A DNA stretch of 32,000 nt, taken from NCBI GenBank assembly GCA_000025185.1, contig CP001848.1:840001-872000 (forward strand), given 5' to 3'. This document shows, piece by piece, positions 25,577-32,000 of the stretch (its first letter is position 1; each line of letters begins with the position of its first letter). The notes under the pieces are model-generated. The model saw only the letters and a program-made list of their open reading frames with translations. It was not told where the DNA came from and did no database searches. The position numbers were made by a program, and so were the translations under genes. The DNA comes from Pirellula staleyi DSM 6068 (GTDB lineage: Bacteria; Planctomycetota; Planctomycetia; Pirellulales; Pirellulaceae).

Positions 25577-26824
25577 CTATTTCTTGTAATCGCCGATGTT
25601 CGGGAGCTTTTTGTGGACATCGGGGCCGAAGTAGCGGAGGCCGACGAGCGGCTCGCTGCCGGTGTTTTCGATTTCCACACCGCCGGTGGCTGCTTCGTGG
25701 CTGATGAAGACTTCGTCTTCGGTCTCTTGACCAAAACGAATCATCGCGGGGGTTTGCAGGGCCAATTTGCCCATCTTTCCCTTGCCTTGCACCGTCACCC
25801 AGCCGCTCGCGCCGGGATCTTTGAGGGTGCATTTGCAACCTGGTTCGATCGTCAGTTCTTTGGCCGAGAAGAGCTGCTCGCCATCGACCAGACCGTACAC
25901 GATCCACTTGTCGGTGTAGCCTGGGCCACTCATCTTCTTGTCGACGATCGGCTCGAGGTAGTTATTGTCTTTGAAGTTGGGGTCGACGTTCTTTTCCCAG
26001 TCCAATTGACCGATAATAAAATCGAGATCTTGGTGCTTGTCCGCTGGCATATCTTTCACCAGCAGAGCCCATGGCACATAGCGGCCTTCGACAATGTTTT
26101 GATACATACCAAACACGTCGCTCCCCCATTGTGGCTCATAGGTGCAGAGAGAGCCGGGAGCATGCAGCACGCCTGGAGGAATGAGCCAGCCGGTGCCACG
26201 TTTCAGGCGATAGGCCTTCGAAAGATCGAGGATGCCATTGTCCCCTTTGTTCCAGTTTTCCAAGCATTTGCGGAGCTGATCTTTGGTGGTTCCTGGTTCC
26301 AGGCCCATGAACGTATAGCAAAAGTTATTATCCACATTGTTATATTGTGGTGGGAAATAATAACTCTCGGGCTTTCCTTCTTGGCCAACCTTTTTGGCAT
26401 CGGCAAAGCTTTGATGCATATGGTGCGGGATTGGGCCCATATTATCAAAGAACTTGGAATAGACAGGCCATTTGCCATACTTCTTAAACATGGTGCGGCC
26501 AATCAGGCGGGCACCTTGTTCGGCAACAGCATCCTTGAGGAGGAAGTGCTGGCCTTCAAAGCTGGCGAAGCTGAGACCTTCGTGCCAGACGCGGCCGTCG
26601 TTGGCGGCTTCGGTGGTGCTGGAGAACCAGCGTTCGTCGATACCACCACGGTCGGCACCGTAGGCGTAGAGATCGCCGGGGAACAGCTTGATGCGGCGTC
26701 CAGGATGGAGGAACGAGCGCGGAACCCAAGTCGGTGTCAGACGGAGCAGACCTTCGCCTCGATCCAAAGCCCGATCGAGCACCTTAGCAACGTTGTCACT
26801 CTTCACGACGTTTGGAAGAATCAT
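25577..26824 (-). CDS. Cupin-fold sugar-isomerase-like protein (class I phosphomannose-isomerase-like), function unknown
   Basis: The ORF is 25577..26950 and I prefer the Met at 26824 (MILPNVVKSD...). The metal-site-like motifs GPIPHHMHQ and LIPPGVLHAPGS, plus a C-terminal beta-rich domain, suggest a bicupin isomerase-like fold. Confidence 0.7.
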   Translation of the reverse strand: MILPNVVKSDNVAKVLDRALDRGEGLLRLTPTWVPRSFLHPGRRIKLFPGDLYAYGADRGGIDERWFSSTTEAANDGRVWHEGLSFASFEGQHFLLKDAVAEQGARLIGRTMFKKYGKWPVYSKFFDNMGPIPHHMHQSFADAKKVGQEGKPESYYFPPQYNNVDNNFCYTFMGLEPGTTKDQLRKCLENWNKGDNGILDLSKAYRLKRGTGWLIPPGVLHAPGSLCTYEPQWGSDVFGMYQNIVEGRYVPWALLVKDMPADKHQDLDFIIGQLDWEKNVDPNFKDNNYLEPIVDKKMSGPGYTDKWIVYGLVDGEQLFSAKELTIEPGCKCTLKDPGASGWVTVQGKGKMGKLALQTPAMIRFGQETEDEVFISHEAATGGVEIENTGSEPLVGLRYFGPDVHKKLPNIGDYKK

Positions 26825-27124
26825 GGCAGCAAACCAGCTCCTGGCCGAAAGCACAAAAGGGAAAGGCTCGCGCGGCGGAGAGGAACTTTCCCTTGCCGTG
26901 CGAAGAACGCCCACCGGACAACGCCGGTTGCGGGCGGAAAATGAGCCCAAAAACGTAAGGCGTTGTTGTATGCTCTGAGGGGCCGATGGGCAAGTAATCA
27001 GCCCCGAAAACCACTACAGTGGCGGCTGGTTTTCCGTGGTGGCATGCGCGCGGATCGGTCACTAGACTATCGGCTGACCTGCATCCGCCCGCTGCGGCAA
27101 CCAATCTTGCATGGAGCCTCTCCC

Positions 27125-28309
27125 ATGGCCGTTCGTACCTGGAAACTGATCGACCGTCACTCGAATCTCCTCCGCCGAGCTGAGCAATTTTCGGTACAAG
27201 CGAGCGACGTGGGACTGGGGGAAGGACGTTTCTACGCCCTTGGACACGCCCTGCAGAGTGGTTCATCAGCGGGCGTTGATATGCTCGAAATCAGCAACGG
27301 CGCAATCACGGTCGAACTGCTGCCGACTCGAGGCATGGGAATTCGCCGGGCGTGGAGCAGCACGCCCAGTGGCGTCGCGATATTTGGGTGGGAATCCCCC
27401 GTTCGAGGCCCCGTGCACCCAGCGCTAGTGGATCTGGGGGAGCCCAGTGGTTTGGGGTGGCTCGATGGCTTCGATGAGCTCCTTGTCCGGTGCGGTCTCG
27501 AGAGTAACGGAGCCCCTGAGTTCGACGAAACGACCGGTCGGCTCAAGTATCCGCTGCATGGCCGGATTGCCAACAAGCCAGCCCACGAACTGACCCTCAC
27601 GATCGACACCGATAAGGAAGAAATCACACTTGTGGGTGTGGTCGAAGAAGCACGCTTTCACTTCCTCAAGCTTCGGCTGACCACCACCATGACGCTGAAG
27701 CTCGGCTCGCACCAAATTGCGATTCGCGACGAGATTGAGAATCTCAGCAGCGCGCCGGCCGAAGCACAGATGCTGTATCACGTGAACTTTGGTCTGCCGC
27801 TGCTCGATGCTGGTTCGCAGGTGATGGCCCCAGTTAAAACGCTGGTGCCACGCAATCCGCACGCCGCCTCGGGCCTGAAAAGCTGGAACAGCTACCTCGC
27901 TCCGCAAACGGGCTACGAGGAGATGGTCTATTTCCTCGAAATGCATGGGACCGAGCATAGCGTGACCGAAGTGCTGCTGAAGAACGCCCACAGCACACGT
28001 GGGGCCAGCTTGATTTACAAGACGAGCGAACTCCCCTGCTTTTCGCTCTGGAAGGACACCGGGAGCGCTGTGGATGGCTATGTCACGGGGCTCGAACCTG
28101 GGACGAACTATCCCAATCCGCGATCGTTCGAGGGGAAGCACAACCGGGTGATGAAGCTTGCCCCGCTGGAGAAAAAATCGCTCCATCTCACGCTCGAACT
28201 GCACACCACCGAGAAGAGCATCGCAGCGGCTGAAGCCCGCATTGCCAAGCTCCAAGCCGGGAAAGAAACCAAAATTCACGACGCGCCGCTGGCTGATTGG
28301 TGCGCGTGA
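27125..28309 (+). CDS. DUF4432 / aldose-1-epimerase-like (galactose mutarotase fold) protein
   Basis: The ORF is 26963..28309. The ATG at 27125 has GGAG 8 nt upstream. Supporting motifs are LEISNGAITVELLPTRGMGI, GLGWLDGFDELLVRCGLESNGAP, YPLHGRIANKPA and GLEPGTNYPN. Confidence 0.7.
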   Translation: MAVRTWKLIDRHSNLLRRAEQFSVQASDVGLGEGRFYALGHALQSGSSAGVDMLEISNGAITVELLPTRGMGIRRAWSSTPSGVAIFGWESPVRGPVHPALVDLGEPSGLGWLDGFDELLVRCGLESNGAPEFDETTGRLKYPLHGRIANKPAHELTLTIDTDKEEITLVGVVEEARFHFLKLRLTTTMTLKLGSHQIAIRDEIENLSSAPAEAQMLYHVNFGLPLLDAGSQVMAPVKTLVPRNPHAASGLKSWNSYLAPQTGYEEMVYFLEMHGTEHSVTEVLLKNAHSTRGASLIYKTSELPCFSLWKDTGSAVDGYVTGLEPGTNYPNPRSFEGKHNRVMKLAPLEKKSLHLTLELHTTEKSIAAAEARIAKLQAGKETKIHDAPLADWCA

Positions 28310-28450
28310 TCAGCCTCCAGCGGGCGGAATCGCGTGACGTGAAATCTCGCTAGATCTGTCGCTGTGTGTGTCTATAATCGTGGCACGTGCGGGGAGCCTG
28401 CCGGGCAGGTTGCGCTCCTACGTTTTTCACACCGAAAGAGGCTGTCTGTT

Positions 28451-28711
28451 ATGAAAAAATATGTTGCCGCCGCGATGCTGGGTCTTTTGGGCTGCGTGAT
28501 TGTGGTGCGAAGTGCACTGGCGATTACCGAAGCACAGTCGTACGCCTGTCCTGTGGTGGAATCGCTCGGGCTTCAGCGGATTCCCTCCGATAAAATTGGT
28601 GGACCGCAGCAGTATCGCATCACGGAAGATACGATCAAGCTTCTCACCCAATTCTCGAAAGACAAGCGCATCGTCATTGTCGAAAACGACGGCTCGATCA
28701 CGGTGAAGTAG
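28451..28711 (+). CDS. Small exported protein (86 aa), possible lipoprotein
   Basis: The ATG at 28451 is preceded by AAGAGG. The signal sequence MKKYVAAAMLGLLGCVIVVRSALA contains both an LLGC lipobox-like motif and an ALA-I signal peptidase I site. Confidence 0.55.
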   Translation: MKKYVAAAMLGLLGCVIVVRSALAITEAQSYACPVVESLGLQRIPSDKIGGPQQYRITEDTIKLLTQFSKDKRIVIVENDGSITVK

Positions 28712-28755
28712 AGCTAAAGCTCAGTCTAGCCAAGAATCGAGATCAGCTTCAGCGA

Positions 28756-29403
28756 TCAGTCCCTTGCAGCGGTGGCTGACGGTGCTGCTACGTTTTGCAT
28801 TTGCCAGCGGCGAATGATCAGCCAAACCAGCGGCGTGGCGAGGGCAGCGAAGGGTAGCGCAATTGTGAGCTGCCACAGCAGCGCGAGTGTCGTGGGGCTC
28901 AATAGTTTGCGGCTGGTATCGAGCACAAGGATCTGCGAGGGATCGATTTTGGGATAGGCTTGCTCGAGCACGATGATCTCGGGGGAGCGGAGCTGGTGGA
29001 TCGAGTTCACCACGAGCCCGGTGAGTTCGGTTTGCTGACAAAACCTCTCGACCGAGGCTTCATCGGGTGCATCGGAAGTTCGCACGATCACGTGAAACTC
29101 ACGCTGCAGCTCGGCATTTTGATCGGGATAGAGTGGAATCCAAACCCGCGTCCACTGATCCCCTTTCTCTTCGTAGATCCAGTCGAGCCCCAACCGGAGC
29201 TGCGTCACGGTGACGTGAATATTGTCCCCCGGGCCACTCGCAATTAGCTGCTGGAGGGTGATCTTTTGCGGTGTGGGACTCGCTAGACTGGCCAGCGTTT
29301 GCTCTTGCCACAGCGCCAGGCCACACAGGCCGGTCGCCGCCAGTAGCAAGAGGACGAGGATCAACACCACGGCGTCGATCTTTTGGATGGTTTTGAGTGA
29401 CAT
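28756..29403 (-). CDS. Hypothetical membrane protein (N- and C-terminal TM helices flanking a ~150-aa domain)
   Basis: The ORF is 28756..29580. I prefer the Met at 29403 (MSLKTIQKIDAVVLILVLLLLAATGLCGLA) because the longer form overlaps the upstream gene. The C-terminal TM helix is LALLWQLTIALPFAALATPLVWLII. Confidence 0.6.
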   Translation of the reverse strand: MSLKTIQKIDAVVLILVLLLLAATGLCGLALWQEQTLASLASPTPQKITLQQLIASGPGDNIHVTVTQLRLGLDWIYEEKGDQWTRVWIPLYPDQNAELQREFHVIVRTSDAPDEASVERFCQQTELTGLVVNSIHQLRSPEIIVLEQAYPKIDPSQILVLDTSRKLLSPTTLALLWQLTIALPFAALATPLVWLIIRRWQMQNVAAPSATAARD

Positions 29404-29488
29404 CAAACGATGGTTGCAGCTATTCCGAGAAGGTTCGGCGGCAGACGCCTGCTCTTTACGGGTTCGCTCTTCAGCGAATGAATTGGGA

Positions 29489-29980
29489 CTATTTAGGCTT
29501 CTCGGGGCGGAGGAGAAACGAGCCAAAGTCACCCTTGTTTCCGACGGGAGTTTCGACCCCTTCGTAGGCGAAGGGTCCAACCGTAGTGTGCTGGTTGGGA
29601 CCTCGTTGATAGGTCACTTCGTAGAGGTCTTTTCCGTCGCGATGACGAAGGTACTGGAGCTTATAGGAGAACTCGTTCGGCTCCCCTTCGTGCAGCGTGT
29701 TGGAGATGGAAGCGACTGTGTTGTCACCCAATGTCAAAACAGTCTCGCTACCATCGGGAGCAATATAGACGAATTCACCACCATGCACTCGGGTTGTTTC
29801 CAGACCGTCTTCAGACAACATCTCGGCTTTCACGCGATCGTCGGCCACCGAAACCGGCGGCGGAGTGGAGGGGGTCGGCGGAGCAGCTGTTGGAGCCGTT
29901 TCGCTACTACATCCCAGTAGCACGCAATATCCCAGCAGCGACAGCACAGCAACGTCTAGTCCGAACGGACTTCGTATCAT
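29489..29980 (-). CDS. Hypothetical lipoprotein (163 aa)
   Basis: The ATG at 29980 has a strong GAGGAGG 8 nt upstream. The signal MIRSPFGLDVAVLSLLGYCVLLGCSS carries a lipobox. A Pro/Thr-rich linker and a beta-rich domain follow. Confidence 0.7.
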   Translation of the reverse strand: MIRSPFGLDVAVLSLLGYCVLLGCSSETAPTAAPPTPSTPPPVSVADDRVKAEMLSEDGLETTRVHGGEFVYIAPDGSETVLTLGDNTVASISNTLHEGEPNEFSYKLQYLRHRDGKDLYEVTYQRGPNQHTTVGPFAYEGVETPVGNKGDFGSFLLRPEKPK

Positions 29981-30150
29981 GGTGTCATCCTCCTCGTCAG
30001 GCATCGATTTCGTGGCTGGTCACCCCATGTAGCAGTGTGCTTGAACCAGCTAGCTGAACTTCTCTGCAACTGCAGAGCAAACTGCACTTCGCACGATGTT
30101 CGCCGTTTTATTGCAAACAAGAGAGCCGACAGTGCATTTTTCTAGCGGAG

Positions 30151-30669
30151 CTATTTCGGCGCGGGCTTCGCTTCGGGCTTCTCGTCGACGGGAAGTTTTT
30201 CCATGGTGCCGAACAGGTGGCCGGTCACTTTGCCGTGACGCCAGGTGCCCGCGTACATGCCGTCGTAGAGGACCACGCGACAGCTGAAGGTGCCGAGGCC
30301 GGGAATCGCCATTTCGGTCATCGAGAGAATCGGTGTGGTGCCAGCCCACTCGATATCGATCGGAACGGGGATTTTCGTCTTCTCGTTCATGCTGGCCGAG
30401 AGCATCCACAGATTGCCGTCGGGCATTTTGGTCGCTTTGTGAATGACGTACGACTCTTCTTTCGCCCCACCTTCTTTGCCGATGGTGGTGAAACGACCGG
30501 TGAGCTTCATGCCGGTCAATTCTTTCTCGAGGTTCTTGATCAGCTCCTCAGCGGTGGGCGTTTTTGCTTCAGCGGCGGCGGGGGCAGCCTCCTGAGCGTG
30601 GAGCGCGGGAGCCACGAGCCCCAGAGCGAGTGTCGTGAGCATTGCCCAAGAAAGATGACGAAGCGACAT
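30151..30669 (-). CDS. Secreted hypothetical protein (172 aa)
   Basis: The signal peptide is MSLRHLSWAMLTTLALGLVAPALHA-QE, with AGGA upstream. The C-terminal tail is Lys/Pro/Glu-rich. Confidence 0.7.
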   Translation of the reverse strand: MSLRHLSWAMLTTLALGLVAPALHAQEAAPAAAEAKTPTAEELIKNLEKELTGMKLTGRFTTIGKEGGAKEESYVIHKATKMPDGNLWMLSASMNEKTKIPVPIDIEWAGTTPILSMTEMAIPGLGTFSCRVVLYDGMYAGTWRHGKVTGHLFGTMEKLPVDEKPEAKPAPK

Positions 30670-30780
30670 CGGGAGTTTCCTTGCGAAAGGGAGGTTTAGC
30701 AGAGCAAGCTGCTGCTAAGTTTCGCTCCTTTGCTGCGGCATGGCAACTCGGGAAGGAAGCCTGATGACAGCCGAGGGGTC

Positions 30781-30822
30781 AAGAAACGACAACGGACGGC
30801 ACCTGGGTCGTGTGCCGTCCGT
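30781..30822 (-). terminator. Probable intrinsic terminator of the DksA-like gene
   Basis: A perfect 11-bp stem ACGGACGGCAC (30792-30802) / GTGCCGTCCGT (30812-30822) has a 9-nt loop. On the minus strand it is followed by TGTCGTTTCTT. Confidence 0.5.
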
Positions 30823-30911
30823 CGCGTGAATTGCGGCTGCTGCCGCTTATCTTATCGCCCCTCGAGAGGGGCCGAATCGCCGCTGCGCTCGTGTCAGTGT
30901 CATAGGCTTGG

Positions 30912-31364
30912 CTACGACATTTCCACTTCCGCATCGTCGATGCTGATGTTCTCGCCCGAGTCACTGGCATTGTCCGGGAAATCGAAGCGTCCGCCACGAC
31001 GGTAGCCCAGGCCACTTTCTCGACGTTCATCGCGCCGAGCGCACTCGATGCACTCGATGGCATAAGGAACGGCTTGCAAGCGAATTAGCTTGATCGGTCC
31101 TCCGCAGCTGTCGCAGAGTCCGTAGCGTCCAGCACGCATCTTTTCGATCGCGCGGTCGATCTGCATGAGCTCGCGACTTTCAACCTCCACCATTTGCGAG
31201 CCGATTTCGGCATTCGCATCGGCGAGGCTCGTATCGAGTTCGTCGACGACGCCACTTTCGCTGGTGTAAAGGGACTGGACTTCGCCGGCGATCGTACGAC
31301 GCAGTGCATCGCGCCGGGCGATCAATCGCTGCTGCATCTTCTTAATGAATTCGTTGCGTTTCAT
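30912..31364 (-). CDS. DksA/TraR family C4-type zinc-finger protein with an acidic C-terminal extension
   Basis: The ORF is 30912..31601. The ATG at 31364 is preceded by GGGAGG 7 nt upstream. A coiled-coil region (DELDTSLADANAEIGSQ) precedes CDSCGGPIKLIRLQAVPYAIECIEC, a C-x2-C-x17-C-x2-C zinc finger. Confidence 0.85.
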   Translation of the reverse strand: MKRNEFIKKMQQRLIARRDALRRTIAGEVQSLYTSESGVVDELDTSLADANAEIGSQMVEVESRELMQIDRAIEKMRAGRYGLCDSCGGPIKLIRLQAVPYAIECIECARRDERRESGLGYRRGGRFDFPDNASDSGENISIDDAEVEMS

Positions 31365-32000
31365 GGCTGTGCCTCCCGAGATCAAATTCACTTCCGCAGC
31401 AAATTGGCTGACGTGAGTGGCGTTGACCTGATGATGTGTGACTCTGACCTTCTCCTTGTCCTCGAAATGAAAGGGGGTTTGCCGAATCTTTCGGTTCGCC
31501 TCTGTTCCGCTAGGCTTCGCCCTCGCGAAGCTGTCCGACCTGATGAAGAAGTGTCGGTTTGCCTCTTCGACTTCTTCATCTGTCCGTTGCGTGCCATTCA
31601 TACGCAGGATAGTTCGGCTGGGTTCTGTAAATCGATGGTCGATTTTTCGTCATCGATTCATCGAGAAAACCGAACTGTCGCTCGCCAGTGTCGGGGCACC
31701 TTTTTCAGCCTAGGGCTTGTGAAAGGTGTCACGATCTGGGGAAGCAGAACTTTCCGCTGAGCGGCCGCCTCTGGCTTGCACCAGCCCCGTCCACAACCAC
31801 CCTAACTCTGCTATTTTCTGGCGAAAAACGCTGAAAAGACGGCTAAACTGATGATTTGCCGTGCGCCGCAGCGTGCTCTTTCGTGCATGCCAGCGGGACT
31901 CGCTAGACACACGATCGAGCAGAAAGGTTCTCGTGGTCTTCGGCTCGTCGTCCTGAGGCTGATTTGGAGGGTGTTGTATTATTCGGTGGCGAACAGTCTC

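Noticed and set aside
21473-28279. Series of very long antisense ORFs across the sugar genes (21473..22264 +, 23186..24184 +, 24273..25319 +, 25469..26944 +, 27425..28279 -)
   Set aside because: Each mirrors a gene whose opposite-strand translation carries recognisable family motifs (DTE-like, Gfo/Idh/MocA Rossmann and EKP, TIM barrel, cupin, DUF4432). Mirror ORFs of this kind are expected in GC-rich genomes.
31365-31601. N-terminal 79-codon extension of the DksA-like gene (start at 31601)
   Set aside because: The extension uses rare AGG and AGA codons. It has no RBS, whereas ATG 31364 has GGGAGG at ideal spacing, and DksA-family proteins are about 150 aa.
31710-32000. Minus-strand frame open from the right edge to the stop at 31710 (contains the listed 66-aa ORF)
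   Set aside because: The translation is Arg-rich with no motif (..SSESRWHARKSTLRRTANHQF..). I cannot support it as the 3' end of a gene, but it could be re-examined with the flanking sequence.
1-32000. Search for a CRISPR array, mobile-element genes, prophage or known defence-system genes
   Set aside because: I saw no regularly spaced direct repeats and no transposase, integrase, recombinase, reverse transcriptase, nuclease-helicase or toxin-antitoxin-like gene pairs in any frame. The only mobile-like signal is the protein-less inverted repeat at 11252-11407.

Overview
This 32-kb segment looks chromosomal and has the gene content of a Planctomycetota (Pirellulales-like) genome. Markers are a DUF1559 pilin-like H-X9-DG protein, DUF1501, a PVC-type heme-binding CxxCH protein and many Tat/Sec-exported hypotheticals. 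I support 26 protein-coding genes. One of them, ppdK, is cut by the left edge and is therefore missing from the supplied start-to-stop ORF track. I also call several intrinsic terminators and a set of repeated intergenic hairpin motifs. I found no rRNA, tRNA, CRISPR array, transposase, integrase, phage gene or recognisable defence gene. Housekeeping anchors are ppdK, lpxB and a DksA/TraR-type zinc-finger gene. A run of sugar-conversion genes lies at 21.5-28.3 kb: ketose 3-epimerase-like, AcpH-like, Gfo/Idh/MocA, xylose-isomerase-like TIM barrel, cupin and DUF4432. Five observations deserve a second look. (1) A REP/MITE-like 31-bp inverted repeat (27/31 identical, with a compensatory stem change) supplies the Pro-TAG ends of two convergent genes at 11.25-11.42 kb. 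(2) A hairpin-rich 314-bp spacer after lpxB carries an internally duplicated stem-loop module. (3) A 17-mer from that spacer is shared (16/17) with a second spacer 10 kb away. (4) Two terminators 5 kb apart share an identical outer stem. (5) A 1031-aa protein combines a J-like domain, a TM helix and two NPCBM-like domains. None of this proves a new biological system from sequence alone. All family assignments rest on motif recognition by eye, without database searches.
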